64,000 nt of DNA from Candidatus Colwellbacteria bacterium CG10_big_fil_rev_8_21_14_0_10_41_28 (GCA_002773755.1 PFAG01000014.1:6634-70633); one strand, 5' to 3'; shown: positions 19,679 through 30,462, counted from the first letter of the stretch. A program made the numbers and translations. The notes: a model not told the origin generated them from the letters alone.

Positions 19679-20939
19679 ACTAGCGAAGCTATTCAAGTAC
19701 GAGGATCTAAGAAAAAGGGTTATGGTAATAGCCCTTATTCTTTTAATCTTCAGAGTTCTAGCCAATATCCCTATCCCAGGAGTAGATCAGACTGCTCTTA
19801 CTAATTTTTTCTCAGGAAACCAATTCTTTGGCTTCCTTAACATCTTCTCTGGAGGAGCCCTATCCAACCTATCTATAGCTATGCTTGGTCTTGGGCCATA
19901 CATCACGGCTATTATTATCATGCAGCTTCTAACCATGGTATTTCCAAAGCTAAAAACTCTTTACTACGAAGAGGGAGAGATAGGGAGAGCTAAGTTCAAT
20001 AGATATTCAAGGTATGCAACCGTTCCACTAGCTATATTGCAGGGATACGGGTTTCTGAAACTTCTTGCTGCCCAAGGAGTTGTTCCTAATTTAGATTTTG
20101 GATCTATGCTGCTTAACGTAATCGTTATAGTTGCTGGATCTATGGCTCTAGTTTGGTTGGGAGAACTGATTGATGAACAGGGATTGGGAAATGGTGTTTC
20201 TATTCTAATTATGGCCGGTATCGTTAGTGGGCTTCCGCTAGCAATCAGAAATGCCGTTATTAGTTACACTCCAAGCGCCATACCAACGTATATAGCTTTT
20301 GGGGTATTGGCATTGGTTGTTATTGCGGGAATAGTCTTATTGAATGAGGGAGAGAGGAAAGTTCCAATCTCATATGCAAGAAGGGTTAGGGGAAATAAAC
20401 TTTATGGAGGAGTTTCTAGTTATCTACCATTCAAGGTTGGTCAGGCTGGTGTTATCCCAATCATTTTCGCAATATCACTATTACTTTTCCCACAACTTTT
20501 TGGACAGATCATCGCAACTTTCTCGCCAGCAGCAGGAGGAGCAATTAACGAATTTACAGCATCATTTGCGGCTAATCAGATTGCCTATGGAAGCGCCTAC
20601 TTTATTCTGGTTTTCGTCTTCACCTATTTCTATATAGGGGTAACCTTTGATCCTGAAGAAATCTCAAAGAACCTTCAGAGAAATGGTGGATTTATCCCTG
20701 GGATTAGACCAGGACACCCAACAGCACAGTATCTAAAGAGTATTGTTTCTCGTATTACTCTTTTTGGAGCACTTGCTCTTGGCTTTATTGCAATCTTACC
20801 TATTATCACGCAGACAGTTACGGGAACCGCTGCCCTCACAATCGGAGGAACATCTATCTTGATTGTTGTTGCAGTTGCTCTAGATATGGCTAAGAAGATT
20901 GAGTCACAAGTAACCGTTAGGGAATACGAAGGCGTCTAA
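19668..20939 (+). CDS. secY: Preprotein translocase SecY
   Basis: PYITAIIIMQLL, GNGVSILI, GVIPIIFA, FIPGIRPG, GGTSILI. Confidence 0.99.
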   Translation: MFNKLAKLFKYEDLRKRVMVIALILLIFRVLANIPIPGVDQTALTNFFSGNQFFGFLNIFSGGALSNLSIAMLGLGPYITAIIIMQLLTMVFPKLKTLYYEEGEIGRAKFNRYSRYATVPLAILQGYGFLKLLAAQGVVPNLDFGSMLLNVIVIVAGSMALVWLGELIDEQGLGNGVSILIMAGIVSGLPLAIRNAVISYTPSAIPTYIAFGVLALVVIAGIVLLNEGERKVPISYARRVRGNKLYGGVSSYLPFKVGQAGVIPIIFAISLLLFPQLFGQIIATFSPAAGGAINEFTASFAANQIAYGSAYFILVFVFTYFYIGVTFDPEEISKNLQRNGGFIPGIRPGHPTAQYLKSIVSRITLFGALALGFIAILPIITQTVTGTAALTIGGTSILIVVAVALDMAKKIESQVTVREYEGV

Positions 20940-21502
20940 TGATGCAGGCAGTAATAGTTAGTGGTCCTCCCGGATCAGGTAAATCAACTCAAGCCAAGAG
21001 GTTGGCTGAAAAACACTCTCTGACTCATTTTGATACAGGCAGTTTTCTTCATGAAATTCCAGAGTTCGAAAAGACCATAGCGGAGGGGGATATAATCGAT
21101 TCCAGAAAAATCTTACCCTTAGTAAGAGAGAAAATTTTTGAGATATCTAAAGACAATGGAATTGTCTTAAGTGGTTCTCCGAGAACTACCCTGGAAGCTA
21201 TGGGAGATAGCGAAACAGAAGGTATCATGAAAATCCTTGAGGGTATATATGGGAAAGAAAACATTCATGTATTTAAAATAGAGATCCCAGAAGAGGTATC
21301 CATAGAAAGGAATAGTAAAAGAACCGATCACAGGGCTGACGATAAACTTGATGTTATAGTCCACAGGCTTAAAGAATATAGGGAAGACACTATGCCTATG
21401 TACGAAAAAATAGAAGAGTCTGGGTACAATCTATATAAAATAGATGGCACACCATCAAGAGAAGAAGTTTTTGATCAAATAGAGGCACAACTTAATGAGT
21501 AG
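20939..21502 (+). CDS. adk: Adenylate kinase, short and divergent
   Basis: GPPGSGKSTQA P-loop, GSPRT, RADD; secY-adk-map synteny. Confidence 0.88.
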   Translation: MMQAVIVSGPPGSGKSTQAKRLAEKHSLTHFDTGSFLHEIPEFEKTIAEGDIIDSRKILPLVREKIFEISKDNGIVLSGSPRTTLEAMGDSETEGIMKILEGIYGKENIHVFKIEIPEEVSIERNSKRTDHRADDKLDVIVHRLKEYREDTMPMYEKIEESGYNLYKIDGTPSREEVFDQIEAQLNE

Positions 21503-22262
21503 TTCTTTTGTTAAATCGCCAGAGAAGATAGAAAAGATCAAACACTCTGGTCGTATTTTGGGCTTTGCTCTTAAGAAACTAAGAGAGCATGTTGCCCCTG
21601 GGGTTAGCCTTCTTGAGCTAGAAGATCTTGCGAGAGAAGTTATAGAAGAGCATGGTGGTAAGCCAGCCTTCCTCGGATATCAACCATACGGAGCTGAGGA
21701 ACCTTTCCCTTTTGCTCTCTGTACATCAGTTAACGATGTTATTGTGCACGGTAGGCCATATGACCTTGTTCTTAAAGATGGGGATATTGTCTCTTTAGAT
21801 TTGGGAGTTAACTGGAAGGGAGGCATTAGCGACGCTGCTATATCTATTGGTGTTGGAAAAGTTTCAAAGCAAGATCAGAAGTTAATACAGGTAACCAAAG
21901 AAGCCTTGGAGGAGGGGATTAAGGTAATTAAGGCGGGAAAGACAACTGGAGATATTGGACATGCAATAGAGAAGAAAATTCTCTCTGGTGGTGGAAAGAT
22001 TATCCATAGTCTTACTGGTCACGGTGTTGGTGATAAGGTTCATGAAGATCCACCTATATACAACTATGGAAGTCCTGGAAGTGGAGTTACCCTAGAAGAG
22101 GGAATGGTTATAGCGATTGAGCCTATGGTCTCTTTTACCAGTGGCTATATTAAACAGTTAGAGGATGATAGCTACGCCACCATGGATGGCAGTAGATCGG
22201 CCCATTTTGAGCATACAGTACTTGTTAGGAAGAACTCTGGAGAGATATTAACTAAAGGCTAG
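21495..22262 (+). CDS. map: Methionine aminopeptidase type I
   Basis: SVNDVIVHG, GHGVG..VHEDP, IEPM, SAHFEHTV. Confidence 0.97.
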   Translation: MSSSFVKSPEKIEKIKHSGRILGFALKKLREHVAPGVSLLELEDLAREVIEEHGGKPAFLGYQPYGAEEPFPFALCTSVNDVIVHGRPYDLVLKDGDIVSLDLGVNWKGGISDAAISIGVGKVSKQDQKLIQVTKEALEEGIKVIKAGKTTGDIGHAIEKKILSGGGKIIHSLTGHGVGDKVHEDPPIYNYGSPGSGVTLEEGMVIAIEPMVSFTSGYIKQLEDDSYATMDGSRSAHFEHTVLVRKNSGEILTKG

Positions 22263-23577
22263 GGGACATATCGAAGGTAGATAGGTTCTTGCTTGTCGCA
22301 ATATATATAAGATCAGCATCACCATCATAGTGGAATGTTCTGGCATCTTCTGAAATTAATTCTTTAGAGATTGGAGCCTCTTTGTCTATCTCCCAGAAAT
22401 ACAATTTATTGTCCGTTCTTACTAAAAGGTGGGCATAATCCCTATACCACTCCAGTTGAGAAAAGTTTCCCTCAAAACTTCCTATATCAATAATCTTTGT
22501 TTCATTTCGCTTCTTTCTATATATAGAAATACTAGAGTTACCTCGTATCATGGCAATTTGTTCTCCGCCTGGAGATAAATAGAAATCTACAATATCTTCA
22601 GCAATTTTTTCGAGGTTTGTCGAATATAGGTATAGTTCATTATTATCAGTCAAAAGAAAGGTTCCTGTGGCGGATAGTCTTATTTTTTTATACGAACCGA
22701 ATTCACTGGTCTCTTCGGAAAATTTTAGAGTTGTTGAATTATTAGTTTTGGGGTCATAGACCATAACAGTTCCTTCGTTATTAATATAAGTCACAAGATC
22801 ATCCTCCTGAATTGAGAATTCGTTTGTGTCAGAGGTAATTAGATCTATCCCTAGATCATCTGTATCTAAGTAGTAGATAGCTCTTTCAGTTGAGAGTATC
22901 ATTTCTCTCCCATCACCAATCAAAGCTGCTTTAGACAAATCAACTTCACCAGGGAGATCTAAGACAGACTCTTTGAGATTATTAAAGACTAGTGTCACGT
23001 TAAGCTGATTTTGTAGCGTAAAAGCGTTTACTAAGTAATAGTTATCCGTAGTAATACTTTTTGTTAGAGCAATTCCATTCCTTTTATTGTCAACAATTCT
23101 ATGTCCAAGTACCTGTTCGTCATTAATCCACACGCCATTATTATTTTGAAAAATAATCTGCTCATCTCCAAGAATAGAAAAGTCTGAGACAACTTGATCT
23201 ATAAATAGTTCCGGCGATATGTCTGGGACTAAAACCACTGAGTCAAATGTAGTTACTGTCTCTGGGAGGACAACGGGATTTTTCTTCCACTTCCTATACC
23301 CCTCTCTTGTAACCAAAAGTTCGTGAACATCTGGAACAAGGTTAGTAATCAAAGTTCCTCTCTGGAGAAGACCCGACTGATTCTTAACAGCAGCATCATT
23401 CAAGAGTATCTCTGCATCTGTCGGGATGCTTGAGATGTATATACCGCCAGTTTCATTAAAAGAGAAAGATGCAAAATCAAAATTGAATCCTCTAGAATTT
23501 TGGATTATAAGAACACTCGCCAAAAGAAAAAGGAGAGTAAATGAATAAAATATGAATCGTCTGGTCTTAATAGACAT
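22252..23577 (-). CDS. PEGA-domain membrane-anchored surface protein, beta-rich C-terminus
   Basis: N-terminal TM, TGGIYISSIPTDAEI...REGYRKWKK PEGA-like pattern. Confidence 0.75.
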   Translation of the reverse strand: MSIKTRRFIFYSFTLLFLLASVLIIQNSRGFNFDFASFSFNETGGIYISSIPTDAEILLNDAAVKNQSGLLQRGTLITNLVPDVHELLVTREGYRKWKKNPVVLPETVTTFDSVVLVPDISPELFIDQVVSDFSILGDEQIIFQNNNGVWINDEQVLGHRIVDNKRNGIALTKSITTDNYYLVNAFTLQNQLNVTLVFNNLKESVLDLPGEVDLSKAALIGDGREMILSTERAIYYLDTDDLGIDLITSDTNEFSIQEDDLVTYINNEGTVMVYDPKTNNSTTLKFSEETSEFGSYKKIRLSATGTFLLTDNNELYLYSTNLEKIAEDIVDFYLSPGGEQIAMIRGNSSISIYRKKRNETKIIDIGSFEGNFSQLEWYRDYAHLLVRTDNKLYFWEIDKEAPISKELISEDARTFHYDGDADLIYIATSKNLSTFDMSPSL

Positions 23578-23597
23578 CAAAACATATAATAGAAGAC

Positions 23598-24863
23598 GTG
23601 AAATTCATTGTAAACGGCGGGAAACAGCTCAGCGGAGAAATTGATGTGAGGGGATCTAAGAACGCAGCTACTCCAATTCTTGCTGCAACCCTATTAACAG
23701 ACAGAACTTGTGTCATAAAAAACCTTCCACTAATAGGAGATGTTTTGATAGTTATCAATATTCTAGAGGAACTAGGTGCCGACATTGAGTGGATTGATGA
23801 AAGAAGCATCAGAATCAAGAACAATGAATTTGATCCTTTTGATCTTCCTCGTGATCTTGTCCGCAAGATTAGATCATCCATTCTTTTAATAGGTCCCATC
23901 TTAGCTAGATACGGCAAGATCAAGCTTAATACACCAGGAGGTTGCCACATTGGTGTCCGACCGATGGATGCACATTTTGATGCCTTCAAAGATCTTGGCT
24001 TTAATGTTGATTACGATGAAAAAGAAGATCTATACACGGTTCAAAAAGGCGGAGAATCTCTGAAGAAGATAACTCTTAAGGAGTTCTCTGTTACGGCTAC
24101 AGAAAACCTTTTGATGTATGGAGCAATGAACCCAGGTCTTCAGATTGAAATTGCCGCAACTGAACCGCATGTCGTTGATCTCGGTAAGTTCATCTCTAAA
24201 TTAGGGGCTGAGATAGAGGGCCTTGGAACTCATGACATAAAAGTAAACAAGGGGATTGATGCAGGAGGAGGTGATGTGGAACATAATATAACCAGCGACT
24301 ACATAGAAGCAGGGACATATATTGTTCTTGCAGCAGCCACAAAGAGTAATTTGAGAATTAAGAATGTTCCAGTAGGTGATTTGGTCATACCCCTTTTAAA
24401 GTTAAGAGAGTCTAACCTTATCTATGAAATAGATGGAAAGGATGTCATTGTAAAAGGAGCCGAATCCGAATTAGTTTCTCCTGGAAAGATAATGACTCAA
24501 CCTCACCCCGGATTTCCTTCAGATCTACAGGCTCCCTTCGGAGTATTAGCGACTCAAGCTAGGGGAACCACAAAAATCTTTGACACTCTTTATGAGGGAA
24601 GATTAAAATACCTTTACGAACTTGATAAGATGGGTGCGGCTGTTGAGATACTTGGCCCACACAGGGCGATCATAAAAGGCCCTAAACATTTACACGGTAA
24701 GAATGTCGAAAGCCTTGATTTAAGAGCAGGAGCAACATTAATAATTGCTGCCCTTGTTGCCGAGGGAGAAAGCACTCTCCATGGTGTGGAACAGATAGAT
24801 AGGGGATATGAGAAGATAGAAGAGCGTCTCAGTGCGATCGGAGCAGATATTAAAAGAATATAA
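23598..24863 (+). CDS. murA: UDP-N-acetylglucosamine 1-carboxyvinyltransferase
   Basis: GSKNA, PGGCHIGVRP, PGFPSDLQ, DLRAGA, IDRGYE. Confidence 0.97.
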   Translation: MKFIVNGGKQLSGEIDVRGSKNAATPILAATLLTDRTCVIKNLPLIGDVLIVINILEELGADIEWIDERSIRIKNNEFDPFDLPRDLVRKIRSSILLIGPILARYGKIKLNTPGGCHIGVRPMDAHFDAFKDLGFNVDYDEKEDLYTVQKGGESLKKITLKEFSVTATENLLMYGAMNPGLQIEIAATEPHVVDLGKFISKLGAEIEGLGTHDIKVNKGIDAGGGDVEHNITSDYIEAGTYIVLAAATKSNLRIKNVPVGDLVIPLLKLRESNLIYEIDGKDVIVKGAESELVSPGKIMTQPHPGFPSDLQAPFGVLATQARGTTKIFDTLYEGRLKYLYELDKMGAAVEILGPHRAIIKGPKHLHGKNVESLDLRAGATLIIAALVAEGESTLHGVEQIDRGYEKIEERLSAIGADIKRI

Positions 24864-24867
24864 ATAG

Positions 24868-25878
24868 ATGTTAACTAGAAAAATAGGAATTGATTTAGGA
24901 ACAACTAACACTGTTGTTTTTGTTCCCGGAAGGGGATTTATCATAAACGAACCAACAATCGTTGCTTTAAACGAACAAGACAATAGCGTTCTGGCTGTTG
25001 GAAGAGAGGCAAAAGACATGGTGGGTAAGACTCCTGGAGATATAAGGGCCTACAGACCTCTTAAAGATGGTGTTGTTGCAGACTACTACATAACAAGAGC
25101 TATGCTTAAATACTTTATAAGCAAGGCGGTTGGTAGCTTTAATCTAATTAGACCAGATGTGGTTATATCAGTCCCAGCAGGGATAACTGCAACTGAAAGA
25201 AGGGCAGTTAAAAACGCTGCAGTAGAGGCTGGGGCAAAGAATGCCCACCTAGTTAAAGAGCCTCTTCTTGCTGCACTAGGAGCTGGAATAACTATTAATT
25301 CATCTTCAGGCAACATGATTGTTAATATCGGCGGAGGGACAGCTGAGGTTGCTGTTATCTCTCTCGGAGGAATTGTTACCTTCTCAAGTTTAAGAGTTGC
25401 TGGTAATAAATTTGATACATCTATAATGGAGTATGTTAAGAAAAACTATTCCGTATCTATCGGAGAACAGACTGCAGAGGCAGCCAAGATTGCTATTGGA
25501 ACAGCTGTACCAACTAAATCAAAACTAGAATTTCGAATCAGAGGAAGAGATTTGGTTACTGGTCTACCAAAAGACCTTAACATAACATCAAATGAAATTG
25601 CAGAGGCCATTAATCCACTTCTAATGGATATAGCATCATCAGTTCAGGGAGTATTTAACGAAACTCCACCCGAGCTTGTTGCAGATGTTATGGAAAAAGG
25701 AATCATTCTCTCTGGAGGAAGTTCTGGGTTAAGGAACATAGACGAGTTCTTTAAGAGACTGTTAGGGGTTCCGGCGTACGTTGCCGAAGATGCGATTCTT
25801 TGTGTAGCAAAAGGAACAGGACTGATCTTAGACCACCTAGATGTATACAAAAAAACACTTCTAAGCAAGAACCGATAA
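24868..25878 (+). CDS. mreB: MreB/Mbl-family protein (paralog 1)
   Basis: IGIDLGTTNT, NIGGGTAEV, TPPELVAD. Confidence 0.93.
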   Translation: MLTRKIGIDLGTTNTVVFVPGRGFIINEPTIVALNEQDNSVLAVGREAKDMVGKTPGDIRAYRPLKDGVVADYYITRAMLKYFISKAVGSFNLIRPDVVISVPAGITATERRAVKNAAVEAGAKNAHLVKEPLLAALGAGITINSSSGNMIVNIGGGTAEVAVISLGGIVTFSSLRVAGNKFDTSIMEYVKKNYSVSIGEQTAEAAKIAIGTAVPTKSKLEFRIRGRDLVTGLPKDLNITSNEIAEAINPLLMDIASSVQGVFNETPPELVADVMEKGIILSGGSSGLRNIDEFFKRLLGVPAYVAEDAILCVAKGTGLILDHLDVYKKTLLSKNR

Positions 25879-25879
25879 A

Positions 25880-26707
25880 GTGATTCTAGGTCATTCCGAA
25901 AAGATTAAGATATTCAAAGACCTTGCTGACAAGGATGGCCTTTCACACGCATATCTTTTCTATGGCCCAGAACAGGTTGGGAAAAATCATTTTGCCAAAG
26001 CTCTCTCAGCATATCTGGAACATGGTGAATTCGAAGAATCCAAAAGGCTTCTTTCAGAAACCTTGACTGTTCTTCCGGGAGAGGATAAGGATAGTATTGG
26101 TATAGATGAGGTTCGTGTGGCTAAAACTTTTTTGTATCGTAAGCCTGTTAACTCAGAAAAAAGATTAGTTATTATAGATAACTCTGATTTATTAACCTCG
26201 CAAGCTCAAAATGCTATTTTGAAGATTACCGAAGAACCTCCAAAAACAGGAATCATAATCCTGATTACAAAAAACCCCGATACACTGTTACCAACTTTGA
26301 GATCAAGAGTTCAGCAAGTATATTTTTCTCGCCTCAAATCAGATGATCTTAAAAACTTTCTTAAAAAAGAGAGGGGTCTAGCTGATGATGAAATCGAAAG
26401 AATTGTTAAGCTCTCTTTTGGTAGGCCAGGGAGAATGTTTGATTTGATTGACACAGATAAGTATAAGGATCTTCTGAAGATCTTTAATAATCTTAAAAAA
26501 GATTCTAAAGTTAAGAGGAGCACTATCGAAGAGATTTCAAAAGAGGGGGACTATAGAGAATTATTAGACTATCTAATAGCAGTTCTTTCCGAGAAGCCTT
26601 TAGAAAACTATAAACTGTTGGCTAAGATAATGGATGCCAAACAAAAGATGGGTGATTATTCCACAAACAAGAGACTTCAGTTAGAATCAGCATTATGGAA
26701 CATCTAG
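25880..26707 (+). CDS. holB: DNA polymerase III delta-prime
   Basis: HAYLFYGPEQVGK, AQNAILKITEEPP, LLPTLRSR. Confidence 0.88.
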   Translation: MILGHSEKIKIFKDLADKDGLSHAYLFYGPEQVGKNHFAKALSAYLEHGEFEESKRLLSETLTVLPGEDKDSIGIDEVRVAKTFLYRKPVNSEKRLVIIDNSDLLTSQAQNAILKITEEPPKTGIIILITKNPDTLLPTLRSRVQQVYFSRLKSDDLKNFLKKERGLADDEIERIVKLSFGRPGRMFDLIDTDKYKDLLKIFNNLKKDSKVKRSTIEEISKEGDYRELLDYLIAVLSEKPLENYKLLAKIMDAKQKMGDYSTNKRLQLESALWNI

Positions 26708-27228
26708 AAAAAGCTAAAGAACAATTTAAATCAGTTATAGAATCTCTTAAGGCAGAGTTTACAAACATAAGAACTAATAGACCTAATCCTAAGATGATCG
26801 AGGATATAGAGGTTGAATATATGGAGCGGCCCACCCCCATCAAGCACATTGGCTCAATTGGTGTTGAGCCACCACGAAGTCTTCTAGTTAATGTTTGGGA
26901 TGAGAGTGCCGCAAAGGGAGTTGCCAGTGGTATAGAAAAAGCTAGTCTGGGGTTTGGAGTGTCTGTCCAGGGGAAAACCATCAGGGTGAATCTTCCAGAG
27001 CTAACTCAAGAGAGAAAAGATGAATTAATGAAGATTGTTAAAAAGACTGCCGAAGAATTCAAGATAAGAATGAGAACCCAAAGAGAAGACATTAGGAAGG
27101 CTATTAAAGAAATCAAAGACGAAGATGATCGCTTTAAGGCAGAGGCAAAACTTCAAGACATCGTAGACGGGTTTAATAAAGAAGTTGATCAGCTTGTTGA
27201 TTCTAAGGAAAAGGAAATAATGGAATAG
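26695..27228 (+). CDS. frr: Ribosome recycling factor
   Basis: IRTNRPNP, IRVNLPELTQERKDEL, KEKEIM. Confidence 0.95.
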   Translation: MEHLEKAKEQFKSVIESLKAEFTNIRTNRPNPKMIEDIEVEYMERPTPIKHIGSIGVEPPRSLLVNVWDESAAKGVASGIEKASLGFGVSVQGKTIRVNLPELTQERKDELMKIVKKTAEEFKIRMRTQREDIRKAIKEIKDEDDRFKAEAKLQDIVDGFNKEVDQLVDSKEKEIME

Positions 27229-28224
27229 ATGATAACCCTAATAACAATTCTTTTAATTGTCATTTTAGTATTTGGCCATGAATTTGGTCATTTTATTGCA
27301 GCTAAAATATCTGGGATAAGAGTTGATGAGTTTGGAATAGGTTTTCCTCCAAAAATATTCTCAAAAAAATGGGGAGAGACTGAATATAGTATTAACGCAA
27401 TACCTTTTGGTGGCTTCGTTAGGATTCATGGAGAGAATTCAACTGATGTAGACGAGGATCACTCGAGAAGTTTTTCTATTCAACCATTCTACAAAAAAGC
27501 TTTTGTCATAATCTCGGGAGTGGCTATGAATTTCCTATTGGCTTGGGTCGCCTTCTCAATTTTCTTTAGTGTTGGGATATCAAATACTCTAATCATCCAA
27601 GATGTTGTCTCTGGTAGTCCTGCTGATGTTGCTGGTTTCGAGCCAGGGGAAAGAATTCAAGGATTCACGGATGGAGATGAATTCATCGCGTACATAGATT
27701 CCAACCTAGGCAAAGAAATCCTGCTTAACGAAAGGACAGTAACACCAAGAGAGAACCCTCCAGAAGATGAGGGAGCTCTGGGAATAGTTTTTGCTCCAAT
27801 TGAAGTGGAGGCCATTGGCCCACTCCAGAGTATTGGGGAAGGCTTTAAGATGACTATTGAGTTAACATGGCTCATAATCCTAGCCTTTGGATCTTTAATA
27901 GCGTCCATCTTTACAGGAAATACTGAAATAGTTGGGCAAGTTGCGGGTCCGATTGGCGTATTCAACTTAGTTAGAGAGGGCTCTGCTCTTGGATTAGGAC
28001 CACTTATGCAGATAATGGGGTTAATCTCTCTTCATCTAGCTGTGCTTAACCTAGTTCCTTTTCCGGCCCTTGATGGTGGAAGGCTTCTTTTTATAGCCAT
28101 AAGGGACTTCTCTAAAGGAAAAATCCTTACTGAAAAGACTGAGGCTATCGTTAACACCATTGGATTTGGTATATTAATTTTACTTATGGTTCTGGTGACT
28201 ATTAGAGATATAATAAATTTGTAA
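27229..28224 (+). CDS. rseP: RseP-like M50 protease with PDZ domain
   Basis: HEFGH, FGIGFPP, GGFVRI, NLVPFPALDGG. Confidence 0.93.
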   Translation: MITLITILLIVILVFGHEFGHFIAAKISGIRVDEFGIGFPPKIFSKKWGETEYSINAIPFGGFVRIHGENSTDVDEDHSRSFSIQPFYKKAFVIISGVAMNFLLAWVAFSIFFSVGISNTLIIQDVVSGSPADVAGFEPGERIQGFTDGDEFIAYIDSNLGKEILLNERTVTPRENPPEDEGALGIVFAPIEVEAIGPLQSIGEGFKMTIELTWLIILAFGSLIASIFTGNTEIVGQVAGPIGVFNLVREGSALGLGPLMQIMGLISLHLAVLNLVPFPALDGGRLLFIAIRDFSKGKILTEKTEAIVNTIGFGILILLMVLVTIRDIINL

Positions 28225-29441
28225 TGAAACAGTCTCATTTATACACAAAGACAAGAAAAACTCTTCCAAGTGGAGAGGTTGCTAAAAATGCACAACTTTT
28301 AATCAAAGCAGGATATATTCACAAAGAACTCGCTGGAGTGTATGCATTCTTACCACTTGGCATAAGGGTCATGAATAAAATAGAGGACCTTATTCGCAGC
28401 CATATGGATAAGATAGGAGGCCAAGAGATACTGCTCTCATCACTTCAAGATCCAGAGCTTTGGAAAAAGAATAATCGTTGGGATGATGATGATGTTGATA
28501 TCTGGTTTAAGGATAGAGATGAAAGAATTGGTTTTGCCTGGTCCCATGAAGAACCAATGATATCGATGATCGAGCACCATGTCTCTTCATACAAAGACCT
28601 TCCTGTATATGTGTATCAATTCCAGAACAAATTTAGGAATGAGCCAAGGGCCAAAAGTGGACTTCTAAGAGGAAGAGAATTCATTATGAAAGACCTATAC
28701 TCCTTCACTAAGAATCAGGATGAATTAGATGAATTCTACAGAAAGATCACAGATGCTTATAAAGAGATTTTTAATGTTGCTGGGATAGGGGATCAAACCT
28801 ACTACACTTTTGCTAGCGGTGGAGCCTTTACAGAGTTTAGTCATGAGTTCCAAACCCTAAGTGATGCTGGTGAAGATACTATATATATCGATAGGGATAA
28901 GAAAATTGCCATTAACGAAGAGGTGTACTCAAAAGAAATAGTGAAAGAGCTTGGACTAGATGAGAAAAAACTGGAGAAAGTTAAATCAATTGAGACGGGA
29001 AATATCTTCAAATTTGGAACTGGATATTCAGAGAAGCTTAACCTCAAATACAAAGATGCAGATGGAAAGGATCAGTTTGTATATCTTGGTAGCTATGGAA
29101 TCGGTCTCAGCAGATTAATGGCAACTGTGGTTGAGGTTCTTTCAGATGATGGTGGCATCGTTTGGCCAGAGAGCATCAGCCCATTCCAAGTTCACCTAAT
29201 CGAACTTACGGAAGGCTTAGGAGAGGATCTATACCAAAAATTACTGGATAATAATATTGAAGTTCTCTATGATGATCGACAGATTGGAGCTGGGGAGAAA
29301 TTTAATGATGCCGATTTGATTGGAATTCCATGGAGGTTAGTTGTTAGCGAAAAAACAGATGGCAAAGTTGAGATCAAAAACAGGTCAGAGAAATCAGCTC
29401 AATTAATTACTAAAGATGAAGCTATTAAAAAATTTATATAA
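28224..29441 (+). CDS. proS: Proline--tRNA ligase lacking INS editing domain
   Basis: KFRNEPRAKSGLLRGREFIMKDLYSF, GSYGIGLSR, DADLIGIP. Confidence 0.96.
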   Translation: MKQSHLYTKTRKTLPSGEVAKNAQLLIKAGYIHKELAGVYAFLPLGIRVMNKIEDLIRSHMDKIGGQEILLSSLQDPELWKKNNRWDDDDVDIWFKDRDERIGFAWSHEEPMISMIEHHVSSYKDLPVYVYQFQNKFRNEPRAKSGLLRGREFIMKDLYSFTKNQDELDEFYRKITDAYKEIFNVAGIGDQTYYTFASGGAFTEFSHEFQTLSDAGEDTIYIDRDKKIAINEEVYSKEIVKELGLDEKKLEKVKSIETGNIFKFGTGYSEKLNLKYKDADGKDQFVYLGSYGIGLSRLMATVVEVLSDDGGIVWPESISPFQVHLIELTEGLGEDLYQKLLDNNIEVLYDDRQIGAGEKFNDADLIGIPWRLVVSEKTDGKVEIKNRSEKSAQLITKDEAIKKFI

Positions 29442-30462
29442 AAGTGTTGGAATAGATTTAGGGACAACTAATTTTCTTGTATATCTCAAAAATAGAGGAA
29501 TTGTAGTAGACGAGCCTACTCTAGTAGCCATCAACAATAGAACCAACCAAGTATTAGCCATAGGAGAAGAGGCAAAGAAGATGCTCGACAGGACTCCTGC
29601 TCATGTAAGACTTGTAAAACCACTTAGTGGGGGAGTTATTTCAGACTTTGAAGTTACAGAAGAAATCATAAAATATTTCCTAAGAAAGATTAGTGAAAAA
29701 AGTCTTTTCTCAAGATTCCATGTTGCTGCTGTTAGTATTCCAACCAACCTAACAGAGGTAGAAAGAAAATCGGTTGAAGATGCAGTTCTTTCGGCTGGAG
29801 CTACCAAAGTCCTTTTGGTTGAAGAGCCAATAGCTAGCGCAGTTGGAACTAGGCTACCGATTGAGGAAGCAACGGCTAACATGATTGTCGATATTGGAGG
29901 GGGAACTACCGAGATATCAATCATATCTGTTGGAGGAGCGGTTGTTTCGAAGAGTATTAAAATCGCTGGAAACAAATTCAACGAAGATATAATTCGATTC
30001 ATTAAGAATGAGTACAAATTATTGATAGGGGAGCCAACTGCAGAGAATCTTAAAATTAATGTTGGTTCAGCTATCCCAATAGAAGATAAGCTTGAGATGA
30101 AAGTCCGTGGAAGAGATATGTCGACCGGCCTGCCCAAAGAGATAACCGTTAGAGACATCCAGATAAGATCTGCTATGCAAAAATCGATTAAGAGTATAGG
30201 AGAAACTGTAAAAAATATCTTAGAAGAGTCTCCTCCTGAACTAGTGGGAGATGTCTTGGAAAGAGGGATCTTTCTCTCTGGTGGAGGGGCACTATTAAGA
30301 GGGATGGATAAATTTCTAGAAAAGGAAACTCAAGTTGATGTAACAGTTGTAGATGATCCATTAACTTGTGTCGTGAGGGGACTGGGGATAATCATCGAAG
30401 ACATTCCTCGATACGAAACAATTCTTTCAAACCAAGAAAAGCCAAAACCAATTAATCTATGA
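29416..30462 (+). CDS. mreB: Rod shape-determining protein MreB (paralog 2, mreBCD operon)
   Basis: IDLGTTN, DIGGGTTE, GGGALL; followed by mreC. Confidence 0.95.
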   Translation: MKLLKNLYKSVGIDLGTTNFLVYLKNRGIVVDEPTLVAINNRTNQVLAIGEEAKKMLDRTPAHVRLVKPLSGGVISDFEVTEEIIKYFLRKISEKSLFSRFHVAAVSIPTNLTEVERKSVEDAVLSAGATKVLLVEEPIASAVGTRLPIEEATANMIVDIGGGTTEISIISVGGAVVSKSIKIAGNKFNEDIIRFIKNEYKLLIGEPTAENLKINVGSAIPIEDKLEMKVRGRDMSTGLPKEITVRDIQIRSAMQKSIKSIGETVKNILEESPPELVGDVLERGIFLSGGGALLRGMDKFLEKETQVDVTVVDDPLTCVVRGLGIIIEDIPRYETILSNQEKPKPINL

